A DNA stretch of 64,000 nucleotides from an uncultured Bacteroidales bacterium (GTDB taxonomy: Bacteria; Bacteroidota; Bacteroidia; Bacteroidales; GCA-2748055): the NCBI GenBank assembly GCA_963710385.1, contig CAVQAB010000011.1, positions 65,382 through 129,381 of the forward strand. The letters run 5' to 3'. Each line of letters starts with the position of its first letter. The first letter of the stretch is position 1. Below are positions 1-10,061 of this stretch, piece by piece. Position numbers and translations under genes: made by a program. The notes under the pieces were generated by a model. That model saw nothing but the letters and a program-made list of their open reading frames with translations, had not been told where the DNA came from and searched no databases.

Positions 1-192
1 CCAGTTCGAACCATCATCTGTTGAAAGAAATATCCCATCTTCATAGGTTCCGGCAAAAATATTTCCTTCGCTAATGGCCAGAGCCCGAATATTTCCACCA
101 TAGGGACCATTGGTTTGGATCCATTGGGCATGTGAATTTAACATCCCAAAACAAAGTGAGTGTAACAATGCAATAATTATAAATTTTTTCAT
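1..192 (-). CDS. Secreted beta-propeller (BNR/Ycf48-like) protein; N-terminal fragment that runs off the window start
   Basis: A minus-strand ATG at 192 is open in frame down to position 1. It translates as MKKFIIIALLHSLCFGMLNSHAQWIQTNGPYGGNIRALAISEGNIFAGTYEDGIFLSTDDGSNW, which is a signal peptide followed by a propeller-blade-like pattern. It is not in the supplied ORF track (64 codons, partial). Confidence 0.5.
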   Translation of the reverse strand, partial: MKKFIIIALLHSLCFGMLNSHAQWIQTNGPYGGNIRALAISEGNIFAGTYEDGIFLSTDDGSNW

Positions 193-393
193 GGAGAATT
201 ACTTTTGAGAAAATGTAAAGTTATTCAGTCGTGGGGTGGTCAGTATATATGCCGGTAAACGAAATATCCGCAAGGGCGGTCATATTCGCATAACCTGCAC
301 AGAGGGTTACTATGGGCCGTATTCCTCAAGGAAGAATTAGTACAGACAAGTTAAATAAATGATTTAACTAAAAGAAATTAATCCAAAGCATTT

Positions 394-1997
394 TCAATCT
401 TTGAATTTCTGATCGGGATGATCACTGGGACGAAGTTTGGCCCTTGCCCTCACATGTTCTGGCAAAGATTCGTCGTAAGTCGAGCCAAATCCGTTTGCCT
501 GGTGATAGAAATAATCCTTCCAGGGATCTTTGCCTTCAACTCTTGGATCTTCAGTTTCCCTGAGGTATTCAACCAGCTGTAAGGATAGTTCTTCTTTCAT
601 ATCAGAATAAGCTGTATCGTAAACCAGGTTATTGATCTGTCCGGGGTCATTACGAACATCATATAGCTCTTCTGCCGGCCTCTTCCCAAAACTCAGTTCG
701 TAATACCAGGGCATTGTTTCCTGGTTTTTAACGATGAATGCCTTGCTAGGACAAGCATCTACATCACCATGGACAGTTTTGTTGGAAGATATAAATTCCG
801 GACCACCCGTTGGCCATCGATCCGGTTCGAAATTCCTGATATAAAGATAGTCACGGGTGCGGATTGCCCTTGCCGGATATGTGGCCCCTTCTGGCCTGCA
901 ATAGGTATGCCGTTCCAATCCTGTAAATACCCTGTCTCTTGATGGTTCTACAACGCCTTCCTTTTCTGAAGTCAATATGGGAATAAGACTTTTGCCTGTC
1001 ATTTCTGAAGGCACTTCCAAACCTGCGGCTTCCAGTATGGTTGGCGCCAGATCAGTCAGGCTTACCAGATCGTCAACCTTCCTGCCACTTTTGATCCTTT
1101 TTCCCCAACGGATTGCCAGGGGCATATGCGTTCCCCAATCATAGAGGTTGACTTTAGCACGTGGAAATGGCATACCGTTGTCAGAGGTCACAATAATGAT
1201 TGTGTTGTCCAATTGGCCTGCCTGTTCCAATTCATAAATCATCCCCGCCAGGTGGGTATCATACCACATGATTTCATATAAATAATCCATGATATCCTGG
1301 CGGATCACCTCATTGTCAGGTAAGAATGGTGGGACTTCAATTTCCTCTGCTTTGAGATTCGCCTCTTTCTCTCCTACACCAAACTGGTATTCCCTGTGCG
1401 GCTCTGTGGAACCAAACCAGAAGAAAAAGGGAGAATCCTTCGGTTTATCCTGGAGGAAGTCTGAAAAGTTGGCCGTATAGTTTCTCCTGTCTATTCCATA
1501 GGCAATTTCCTTTTCCAGACGATCATTGTACGCCTTAATAAGAGGGTCCTTATGAAGGCCAAGGTATCCCCAATTGCCAGGGGCCCAGCCTTTACCGGTA
1601 TACCCTACATGATATCCCCTGTCGCTGAGGATATGGGTGAACAGCTTCAGATCCTTCGGGATGGTCCCCATCAGAAGACCTGCCTCGCCCGTTCTCCATA
1701 TCTCCTGTCCGGTCAGGATGGCTGTTCGTGATGGCGTACAGGAGGGACAGGAAGCAAAAGCATTATTGAACAAAACACCTTCCTCTGCTATTCGATCAAA
1801 AGCAGGGGTCTTAACTACTTTGTCACCGGTAATACCTGTATGCAACCATGATTGGTCATCTGCCAATACCAACAGAATATTGGGAGAGTCATTTGTATTG
1901 CTTGTGGTTTGGAGAGTTATCGCACCCCTGTCACCAAAATCACTGATAAGAGGAATACTAATGCAAAATATGTCAGTTGATGTTTAATGATCATCAT
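394..1997 (-). pseudogene. S1-family (formylglycine) sulfatase lipoprotein; frame-disrupted near the N-terminus as assembled
   Basis: ORF 394..1872 carries the sulfatase core (LVLADDQSW, FGly motif SCPSCTPSRTAILTGQ). The ATG at 1997 encodes MMIIKHQLTYFALVFLLSVILVTG in another frame. Removing one G from the G-run at about 1925-1928 and one A from the A-run at about 1892-1894 gives ...VILVTGCDNSPNHKQYNDSPNILLVLADD, with a VTGC lipobox. Confidence 0.8.
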
Positions 1998-2031
1998 GAG
2001 AAGGTTTCAATAATTTTCTTAAAGCTATCTG

Positions 2032-4494
2032 TTATTGTCTTTGAAGTGTGTATTTGCCACCTCTGGTGGTATTAAATTCGATTGATCCGTCATCGAAAGA
2101 TTCTGTACTTACGCCCTTTCCATCTTTGGTTACACTGAATCCTCCCCCATCCTCAATTCTGCAGGAGTTTCCATATTTTGACACGATTTCTACCCTGGTG
2201 ATTTCATGATCCTTCCAGTTCAGAACCAACTCAAATCCTCCCCGGGCACATACACCTTCAAAGACCCCCTCACTCCATTCATCGGGAAGGGCAGGCAACA
2301 GATCAATCACACCTTCGTGGGATTGAATCAACATCTCGGTGATACCAGCAGCTACTCCCATTGTCCCGTCAATCTGGAGCGGAGTAAAACATTTGGCAAA
2401 TAACTGAGGATAACTTTGCTCCGCAATGTAGCCTTTGAAAACCTGAGCTGCCCGGTTGCCATCGTACAACCTGGCCCAGAGTGCCATTTTCCATCCCCTG
2501 GAAAATCCGGTTCCACCATCACCCCTCTGCTCAAGTACTGCCTTACAGGCATCGATATACTGTGGGGTGTTCTTCACTGAAATCACATTTCCGGGATAGA
2601 GTCCATACATATGGGAAAAATGCCTGTGCTTATCTTCCATCTGTTCCAGGTCTTCGGTCCACTCCTGCAATGTACCATCCTTCCCAATCCGGGGTGGAAC
2701 AAGCCTGGTGCGGGCCATATTCACACTGTCCAAAAATTCCTTATCCAGACCCAATATCTGCGCTGCTTCCACATAATAGCTGAAAAGGTCGGTCAGGATC
2801 TGATTATCAATGGATGATCCGTAGCATATGGTCGTAAAATAGTAGGAGCCTGTCACCTCATCAAAAAAATATTCATATCCGGGTCCTTTTGGAGGATTTT
2901 CAGGTGAAGTGGACGGACTGGTAACCAACCAATTGCCATTGGGATGCTCGATCAGGAAATCCATAAAAAACTGGACGGATCCCTTGATTACCGGGTAGAT
3001 CTCTCTCAGGTATTCTCTGTCCGGATTGAAAAGGTAATGTTCATATAATTGTGTTGTAAGCCAGGCTCCACCCGTTGTGAAAGTCCCCCAGCAAGGGCCA
3101 TCCATAGGTGCTGCCACCCTCCAGAGATCAGTGTTCTGGTGAAATACCCAACCTCTGGCTCCATAATGTGCCCTGGCAACTTGTGCACCCTGATCGGTAA
3201 GCTCTTTGACCAGGGTAATCAAGGGTTCAGCGCAATCGGAAAGATTTCCGGTTTCCACAGGCCAGTAATTCATTTCCAGGTTGATATTGGTGGTGTATTT
3301 TGAATCCCATGAAGGATTCATGTCCTCATTCCAGATTCCCTGGAGATTGGCAGCCTCTGTCCCCTCCCGTGATGTAGATATTAGTACATAGCGGGCAAAA
3401 TTATAGCATAAAGATGCCAGGTTGGGATCGGAATGTTCTGAAAATCCAGCCATCCTCTGATCCGTTGGAAGGAATGAGTTGTCAGTACCGGGCAAATCCA
3501 GCGATACCCTGTTAAAATAGCTTTGATAATCTTCAATGGCTGCAGCAAACATTTGCTGAGAGGATTTATTCACAATCTGCTCCAGGTACCTTGCAACACG
3601 CATATCCTGATCTCCGCTCACATCATTATAATTCACAAAATTTGTGGCAGCAACAATGGCCAGTGTTACAGCATCTGCATTCTTTATGGTCAGATCAGAA
3701 TCGACCACCTCCATACTGCCTCCTTCCGGAATGGCCCTGAGTTGTGCCTTATACCTGATGGCCCCTTCAACGCCCATGTAATCGGCTGATTTTCCTGTGA
3801 CCACAAGACCATCCTGCCCTGCACCATCCATCCTGAAATAGTCTGTGGCATAGTTTGAGTGTGCCTGGTTCCTGCAACCACGTAGTTGGGCTCTGAAAGT
3901 GATGCTGCCCGGCTTACTGGCAGTCAGTCGAATCAGGATCACCTGGTCTGGGGCTGATGAGACTATTTCCCTTCGATAAGTAATATCGTCCACACTGTAT
4001 TCAACGCTGGTAATTCCTGTTTCAAGATTCAGCCACCTCTTATAGTCTTTTACTTCCTCCTGATTTTCAAAAAAGAGATGCAGGTTGGCCAGTGACTGGT
4101 ATTTCTGTTGCTCCACCGGATAACCCATCAGGTGGCGTCCGAAAAGTTTATGCGCCTTAAGTGGTTCTCCTTCGAAAAGATATTTCTGAATATCTGGCAG
4201 TACTTCTGCCCCTCCTTCAACCACAGTCGAATAGGGTCCACCTGACCAGTAGGTTTCTTCATTTAACTGGATACGCTCCTCACCAAATCTGCCAAAAACC
4301 ATCGCTCCAAGCCGTCCGTTCCCAACCGGTAAAGCTTCCTCCCAGGCCCCGGCAGGAGAATCATACCACATCAGTGTGGATGGATTAAAATCTTTGTTAT
4401 CAATGGCATCGGGCATTGCAGATCCCTGAGCTATGACCTGCATAGAACCAAGTAAAAGAAAATGTGCAGCGAATTTCAGGTAGTTAATGCTCAT
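2032..4494 (-). CDS. GH95 alpha-L-fucosidase
   Basis: The ORF is 827 aa. Its N-terminal signature WEEALPVGNGRLGAMVFGRFGEERIQLNEETYWSGGPY is typical of GH95. The ATG at 4494 gives the signal peptide MSINYLKFAAHFLLLGSMQVIAQG. The ORF-track start at 4515 is a TTG. Confidence 0.85.
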   Translation of the reverse strand: MSINYLKFAAHFLLLGSMQVIAQGSAMPDAIDNKDFNPSTLMWYDSPAGAWEEALPVGNGRLGAMVFGRFGEERIQLNEETYWSGGPYSTVVEGGAEVLPDIQKYLFEGEPLKAHKLFGRHLMGYPVEQQKYQSLANLHLFFENQEEVKDYKRWLNLETGITSVEYSVDDITYRREIVSSAPDQVILIRLTASKPGSITFRAQLRGCRNQAHSNYATDYFRMDGAGQDGLVVTGKSADYMGVEGAIRYKAQLRAIPEGGSMEVVDSDLTIKNADAVTLAIVAATNFVNYNDVSGDQDMRVARYLEQIVNKSSQQMFAAAIEDYQSYFNRVSLDLPGTDNSFLPTDQRMAGFSEHSDPNLASLCYNFARYVLISTSREGTEAANLQGIWNEDMNPSWDSKYTTNINLEMNYWPVETGNLSDCAEPLITLVKELTDQGAQVARAHYGARGWVFHQNTDLWRVAAPMDGPCWGTFTTGGAWLTTQLYEHYLFNPDREYLREIYPVIKGSVQFFMDFLIEHPNGNWLVTSPSTSPENPPKGPGYEYFFDEVTGSYYFTTICYGSSIDNQILTDLFSYYVEAAQILGLDKEFLDSVNMARTRLVPPRIGKDGTLQEWTEDLEQMEDKHRHFSHMYGLYPGNVISVKNTPQYIDACKAVLEQRGDGGTGFSRGWKMALWARLYDGNRAAQVFKGYIAEQSYPQLFAKCFTPLQIDGTMGVAAGITEMLIQSHEGVIDLLPALPDEWSEGVFEGVCARGGFELVLNWKDHEITRVEIVSKYGNSCRIEDGGGFSVTKDGKGVSTESFDDGSIEFNTTRGGKYTLQRQ

Positions 4495-4530
4495 CTCTGG
4501 ATTGAATAATAGCAAGGTAATTTAGAAATA

Positions 4531-4548
4531 ATGAATGCCAATCCCAAT
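4531..4548. repeat. Left copy of an 18-bp perfect direct repeat (ATGAATGCCAATCCCAAT) flanking the AbiE cassette
   Basis: An identical 18-mer recurs at 5953..5970. This copy lies 7 nt beyond the abiEii stop and 16 nt upstream of the GH95 ORF. Confidence 0.9.
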
Positions 4549-4555
4549 TCCCGGT

Positions 4556-5251
4556 TCACAGAATGGGATAGTCCCTGTAGAACTGTAAAAACTTGATAAG
4601 CTCAGACCTCATTTCAATCTGAACAAATCTCTTCATTTTGCTATCCATTAATTCACCCATGCCCTGCAATAAGCCTTTATCATTAGTCCTTTCGAGGTGT
4701 TCGATACAGGTCTGAAGGTATTCGGATAAAGTCATTTCCATCCTGGACTCCACAATGCTTTTGTTGACCGGGGTCTGTCTTTGCATAAAAAACCAACAGT
4801 CGAAAATATCTCGATTTGCTAAGGTATTCCTGTCAAGTAAAGCACATAACTTATGCGCAAACATATCTTGCTGAACCATCACCTTCACATTGATCCCCAA
4901 CAGATTCTTTATTTCATACCTGTTTTCGTATTCACGGTTTGATATCTCAACTTTCAGTTTACGTTCATTTACTCCATAATCAAGGACGATCAACGGACCA
5001 TAGAACTTTTTTGCTTCATCAAATATCTTACCGTATTTCAGAATTATCATGCGCACTTTCCTGAAAACCAAATCCTCCTTTTCAACATCGAGCAGATTGA
5101 AATCCAGATCAACCGAGAAACGTGGCAGGTCATAAAAGAACATAAGGGCAGTACCACCTTTAAATCCTATGTAATTAGCCAGTTCAATGTCTGAGTAAAT
5201 ATCCTTCAGAATTTGAACCAGGAAGAACCTGTGCCGGTTTATATCAACCAT
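4556..5251 (-). CDS. abiEii: AbiEii/AbiGii-family nucleotidyltransferase toxin (type IV TA / abortive infection)
   Basis: 231 aa. The motif GFKGGTALMFFYDLPRFSVDLDFNL matches the DUF1814/AbiEii NTase signature (GGTAL...RFSxDlDf). It overlaps the upstream antitoxin gene by 8 nt. Confidence 0.8.
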   Translation of the reverse strand: MVDINRHRFFLVQILKDIYSDIELANYIGFKGGTALMFFYDLPRFSVDLDFNLLDVEKEDLVFRKVRMIILKYGKIFDEAKKFYGPLIVLDYGVNERKLKVEISNREYENRYEIKNLLGINVKVMVQQDMFAHKLCALLDRNTLANRDIFDCWFFMQRQTPVNKSIVESRMEMTLSEYLQTCIEHLERTNDKGLLQGMGELMDSKMKRFVQIEMRSELIKFLQFYRDYPIL

Positions 5252-5801
5252 ATTGCAGGATTTTTTTCACTCTATAAGACATTGCTTTAGACTGGTAAAT
5301 GGATAGAAGTTTATACACCGTTCTTTTGTTCAGAGGATTCAAATTGTCAAAATAGTATTCCTTATTCAAATACAACAAATCTAAAAACGCTCTTTCAGGT
5401 GATGCGATATTTACATGATCCTCCTGCCGATTGATTCCAGCAGTATTTACAAGAACCTCCCCCTTTATTTTACGAAACCGGAGAGTTCTTTCATCGACCT
5501 CTATGCTCCTGCTCAGATAACTTACTACTGTGATACTTGAATCAAATTGAAATATGATACCGGCCTTTTGCAATACATAGTCCAGGGAGATATACGAAGG
5601 AGTATAAATCACACAAGCCAGCTCCTCAGGATTAAAATCTAACTTGGCGTATATACCTTTGCGCGGATTTAATAATTTTCCAGAGTGGACATAATAATTC
5701 AATTTCTTATTGATTGATTGAAAGTTTGTTTCCCCAACCAACTGAGCAATATCATTTAAACGAAAAACAGTCCTTTTCTCCTTGTACAAGGATAACATCA
5801 T
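5244..5801 (-). CDS. abiEi: AbiEi-family antitoxin / transcriptional regulator
   Basis: 185 aa, immediately upstream of and overlapping abiEii. The N-terminal wHTH-like region (FRLNDIAQLVGETNFQSINKKLNYYVHSGKLLNPRKGIYA) and the YISLDYVLQKAGII segment resemble AbiEi. Confidence 0.7.
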   Translation of the reverse strand: MMLSLYKEKRTVFRLNDIAQLVGETNFQSINKKLNYYVHSGKLLNPRKGIYAKLDFNPEELACVIYTPSYISLDYVLQKAGIIFQFDSSITVVSYLSRSIEVDERTLRFRKIKGEVLVNTAGINRQEDHVNIASPERAFLDLLYLNKEYYFDNLNPLNKRTVYKLLSIYQSKAMSYRVKKILQYG

Positions 5802-5817
5802 GTCCTAATCTGTCTAT

Positions 5818-5864
5818 TGTGAACTATACATACGATTTTTTCTCATGTTAAGTTCACAAATATA
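5818..5864 (-). promoter_or_regulatory. Putative abiE promoter (-7 box TATATTTG) overlapped by an 8-bp inverted repeat operator
   Basis: The minus strand reads ...TATATTTGTGAACTTAACATGAGAAAAAATCGTATGTATAGTTCACA... The TAnnTTTG box is at 5857..5864. The inverted repeat TGTGAACT (5818..5825) / AGTTCACA (5851..5858) ends 17 nt upstream of the abiEi ATG. Confidence 0.45.
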
Positions 5865-5952
5865 TTGAATATAAATGAAAAACCAATAGGAATCAGAAAT
5901 AGAGGTTGTTAAAATCAATCCAGGTTATAATTCAGGGCCTCAACGCATCGGT

Positions 5953-5970
5953 ATGAATGCCAATCCCAAT
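5953..5970. repeat. Right copy of the 18-bp perfect direct repeat flanking the AbiE cassette
   Basis: ATGAATGCCAATCCCAAT, identical to 4531..4548. Confidence 0.9.
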
Positions 5971-6077
5971 ATTTCTATGACAGATACCTTCGACAATTAA
6001 TCAAACAAATCTTTCTAAAAGAGATAATTCATATTAATTTAACACGAATTAAGCTGACAAGATAAAAATCAAGTGCT

Positions 6078-7166
6078 ATGAAAAAGATGGTATTTCCGTT
6101 TACATTGCTGTTCCTGGCTCTGTTTTTTTCTTTAAATCTCCATGCACAATCGGTCGAGGAGCTTCAACAGCAGATTGAGGCGCTGGACAAAAAGATTGTT
6201 GATATGAAGCATACCAATGATATGCTCGGAAAGAAGATCGATGATATCCTGTGGATCCAAAAACTGGAAGATGTGGCCTGGGTGGATAAGGTATATATTT
6301 ATGGCCCCCCCAGGTGGAAAGAGGAAAATCCAACCTCGCTGAGCGCAGGTAATCCAGTAAAATTCTGGACCTACACGATCATTCCAAAGAACATCGATCC
6401 TCATAAGAAATATCCTTTAATCGTGTTACCACATGGAGGCGTTCATTCCAATTTTTCAACATATTATACCCACATCGTCCGCGAACTTGTGGCTCAGGGG
6501 TATATCATTGTGGCAGCTGAGTACCGCGGAAGTACTGGCTACGGAAAAAGTCATTACGAAAAAATTGATTATGGCGGATTAGAGATAGAGGACGTAAAGG
6601 CCAGCAGGGACTATATGATTGATAATTTTGATTTTGTGGATGCCAAACGGGTTGGGATCATTGGATGGAGCCACGGTGGTTTGATTGCTTTGATGAACAT
6701 TTTCGACCATCCGGAAGATTACCAGGTAGCATTTGCCGGTGTCCCGGTCAGCGATTTGGTTGCCCGAATGGGCTATCAGACACAGAGTTATCGGGATATG
6801 TACTCCGCAGAATATCATATTGGTCAGACGGTAAGAGAAAATGTAGAGGAGTACCGCCGCCGGTCACCGGCCTGGAACGTTCACAAAATGAAGGATGTAC
6901 CCTTGCTCATACATACCAATACCAATGATGATGATGTCAATGTACTGGAGGTGGAGCACCTTATAAAATCGCTGAAAGCCGAGAATAAAAAATTCCAGTA
7001 TGAGATTTTCCAGGAGATACCCGGGGGCCACTCCTTTGACAGGATGGATACCAGGATCGCAAATGAAATAAGGGTGAAAATATATAAGTTCCTTGCCGTA
7101 AGCTTAAATCCACCAAATCCGATTCGGGATCTATCTACATTAAAAAAAGCAGCGTACAGGTTTTAG
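6078..7166 (+). CDS. S9-family (prolyl oligopeptidase-type) alpha/beta serine hydrolase, secreted
   Basis: 362 aa with a signal peptide (MKKMVFPFTLLFLALFFSLNLHAQ). The nucleophile elbow is GWSHGG. The Asp region is TNTNDDDV and the His region is PGGHSF. No beta-propeller domain is present. Confidence 0.75.
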   Translation: MKKMVFPFTLLFLALFFSLNLHAQSVEELQQQIEALDKKIVDMKHTNDMLGKKIDDILWIQKLEDVAWVDKVYIYGPPRWKEENPTSLSAGNPVKFWTYTIIPKNIDPHKKYPLIVLPHGGVHSNFSTYYTHIVRELVAQGYIIVAAEYRGSTGYGKSHYEKIDYGGLEIEDVKASRDYMIDNFDFVDAKRVGIIGWSHGGLIALMNIFDHPEDYQVAFAGVPVSDLVARMGYQTQSYRDMYSAEYHIGQTVRENVEEYRRRSPAWNVHKMKDVPLLIHTNTNDDDVNVLEVEHLIKSLKAENKKFQYEIFQEIPGGHSFDRMDTRIANEIRVKIYKFLAVSLNPPNPIRDLSTLKKAAYRF

Positions 7167-7184
7167 GTGCCAGGGATTGATCAC

Positions 7185-8912
7185 TTACCTTACGCGAATG
7201 ACGGATTCAGCTGAGATGAGCTCCCCTCGCCCATTCACTCCACGGAAAAGAATCACATATTCCCCGGGATAATCAGGGGCTATGAAGGTGATCAATGAGG
7301 GAGAATTACTTTCAACCTGCAATTTGGGTATCCATAACATTGTATTTCGTGTATCGGGCAATTGGTCAAGCAGCGAAGGGGTCTCTTCCACCATATTGGG
7401 AGAAGGATGCATGGCCAGGAAATCAATAAAAAAGGAATTTTCAGGCAGGTCGATGCCAGCCATATCCATCTCCAGGGAGTGAAGGTTGATTATTCCTCCA
7501 TACCTAAGGTCCCCTTTTAGATACACGTCATCGATAACATCAATCTTGCTTATCTTATGGGTGGGAACTTTCATAAACTGATCCATATCGAATACAGGAG
7601 TCTCGTCAATCATAATCAGGGGATCAAACATGGAAATGGCAGGATTATCGCTCCGAATAAACAGGGAGGGAATGTTCTTCCGGGTGACAGGCGTTACACT
7701 CGGCACCAGGTTCATAAACACTTCCTCCAGGGTAGGCAGGAGGATGAAATCACCCATGTTTATGGAGAAGTTTGGTGAGCCGTAGAAAGGGTTCGGCCTG
7801 TAAGCCATCTTACTCTTAATTATAGAATCGACTTTCCCGTAGATCCTGGAAAGTTGAACCTTCCGGGCCATGGTGCTTACTAATTCCTCCTCCTTCTCGG
7901 AAAGACGGAACGGTTGGGTCGGCAATAGAAGCATCCTCTGATCAAAATCCTGATCGATCCTTACCTCCACCCTGCCAACACCGGGGTATTCAGGTTGAAC
8001 AAAGAGTTCCAATTTCCCCTCCCTGTGGGGTAGTGTAACCGTGAATTTACCATATGCATCGGAGCGGGCCGTAAAGTATCCGGAGTGGTCTCCCATCAAT
8101 GTAAAGTGAATCCTGATATCCTCCACAATCTGCTCATCTGTACCCGATTGCAACACAGTTCCTGACAGGGTGGCTCCAAAATAATCGGGCATAAACTTTA
8201 CCTGAAAATCTTGTAAGTCCTGTGTTTGGCTTTCCACTACTTGCTGGGGATCAACAGGTTTTACCCCAGAAGGCACCACGGTAACACATCCTTTCACAAT
8301 CCCATTAAAATCTTTCCCATCAGCAGAGATGTGAAGCGACACCGTATCTGCCCTGTTGTAAATAATGGAATGTTCAGAAAACTCCAGGGCACCCTGTGTT
8401 ACGGACCGCGTGGACAGGCTGCCCCCGGTTTCTTCCACGGGAGCCTTACCGGAAATTTCCGGTCTGTGCGGATTGATGATCCGGAGCGGCACATAACAAT
8501 AATCCGCGGGGCCCCGGTTCCTCATCCACCGGGTATGGCACCTGAGGAGGTAGTTACCTGTCAATATTTCAGCCGGAATGGCAATCTCACCAGTGGATAC
8601 CCGGTCATGAACCGGGAATTTCCCGGATACCTCCCGTTCTCCTGTGGCTGAGATCAGTTCCACATACAACACCGCACTCCATTCTCCATATGCAGGCAAT
8701 CCAGAACGGTGCACATCCGCCCGGAACCTGATCACCTCTTCTGTAATATATAGGGAACGGTCTGTAAAGCAATCCACTCGTTCACGAATCAGTTCAGCTT
8801 CGTGGAAAAAAGAGGAATCAAAGGGTGAAATCTGACCATCCATATCCACACCTGCAACGGACAACGCACCCAGGCAGAAACATGCCCGCAATATGGTTCG
8901 GATTATTTCCAT
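7185..8912 (-). CDS. Hypothetical secreted protein (MG2/CarboxypepD_reg-like beta-sandwich segments); last gene of the TonB-dependent receptor (TBDR) operon
   Basis: A 575-aa intact ORF with a signal peptide. Its start overlaps the DUF4249 gene end by 10 nt. I recognise no catalytic motif. Confidence 0.55.
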   Translation of the reverse strand: MEIIRTILRACFCLGALSVAGVDMDGQISPFDSSFFHEAELIRERVDCFTDRSLYITEEVIRFRADVHRSGLPAYGEWSAVLYVELISATGEREVSGKFPVHDRVSTGEIAIPAEILTGNYLLRCHTRWMRNRGPADYCYVPLRIINPHRPEISGKAPVEETGGSLSTRSVTQGALEFSEHSIIYNRADTVSLHISADGKDFNGIVKGCVTVVPSGVKPVDPQQVVESQTQDLQDFQVKFMPDYFGATLSGTVLQSGTDEQIVEDIRIHFTLMGDHSGYFTARSDAYGKFTVTLPHREGKLELFVQPEYPGVGRVEVRIDQDFDQRMLLLPTQPFRLSEKEEELVSTMARKVQLSRIYGKVDSIIKSKMAYRPNPFYGSPNFSINMGDFILLPTLEEVFMNLVPSVTPVTRKNIPSLFIRSDNPAISMFDPLIMIDETPVFDMDQFMKVPTHKISKIDVIDDVYLKGDLRYGGIINLHSLEMDMAGIDLPENSFFIDFLAMHPSPNMVEETPSLLDQLPDTRNTMLWIPKLQVESNSPSLITFIAPDYPGEYVILFRGVNGRGELISAESVIRVR

Positions 8913-10061
8913 GATTCCCAGTAATCAGGTCTAACATTCACTCCTCCCTGGATCCGGCAGTCGAAGCAGAACTGTTCTCCTGTGAATGAGGGTTTAAATG
9001 GTCCGGGCACATAGATATAGACCGGGTATTCTATTTTATCCCACGTCCAGATAGCACTCAACGGCTGATATTCGCACTGAATGTGAGGAATCGCAAAATC
9101 AAAGAAGTTATTGTTATGAACGAAAATTCTTTGTTGGCGGACCTGACTTGCGTAAAAATATCCCAGCACAAGCTCCTCCGGGTCGTTTACGCTGTACATA
9201 TTTCCAGGTACAGAAGAGAGCTGTTTTTCATATAATCCCCCGGTCTCAAGGGACTGGTCATGCACTCGTTGCCAGTAGTTATATGCCTCCTGAGAAAGCG
9301 ACTGCTGTTGCACCAGTATGCTGTAGGTGATCTTAAGCCTGTCGGTTTCATTGGATACAAAGTGCAGGGCAACCCGTTTCATTTCATTGGACGACAGGTT
9401 CCTTGTTGTTCCTGTATAGAATTGATAAAGAGGGAAAAAATTCCAGCATTTGTAAATGGGATTGCTTCGATATTCCTCCACAGTCCCATCCGCCCACCAG
9501 CGATGGGTCCCAAAAAGGGCTGCCCAGTATTCCCAGGTTTCCTCAATCCGCCAGATCAGATTCCGTGAGTCAAAGGATTCTCCTGACATATCAAGAAAGA
9601 ATTGAATCCCGGGTAAATTCTTTTCTGGATCGTTTGTCTCTCTATATTGAAATTCCCAGTAGACACTGTCAAGTTCAGGGCATGAAAGAATGGTATCGTA
9701 GGATGACCGGTACTCCTTCATATCAGGTGTGACAACGTACACGCTCACTGCATCTCCAACTTCCAGGAAGGAATCGGGCACATCGACCGCATAGGTCCCA
9801 CCACCTTCATCCGCATAATGGATCATGTTTCCATCCTGGTCAGTTACCGAGACCACACAATTCTCCACTGGTTGAAAATCGGGTTTGCGGTAAGGTGAGG
9901 ACCTGGAAATAGAAATGGTTTGACGGCCCGGATGATCATTAATCATCCCGCTGATAACCATGAGCTTCCTGGGATTCCTCCAGCACAGGTTCGTAGGGTT
10001 CAATGCAAGAGGTGCAAAAAACAGAAAACAGCAGAAATATAGAGATCCTATTCACTGGCAT
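8903..10061 (-). pseudogene. DUF4249-family lipoprotein (TBDR partner); one frame disruption as assembled
   Basis: The ORF-track piece is 8903..10003. The ATG at 10061 overlaps the TBDR 3' end and encodes MPVNRISIFLLFSVFCTSCIEPYEPVLEESQ (lipobox) in the -1 frame. A +1 shift at about 9965 joins it to KLMVISGMINDHPGRQTISISRSS, which is typical of a DUF4249 N-terminus. Confidence 0.65.

Noticed and set aside
193-393. A possible small RNA or regulatory element in the 200-nt spacer between the sulfatase stop and the next gene start.
   Set aside because: I found no convincing stem-loops, repeats or known motif by eye. The evidence is insufficient.
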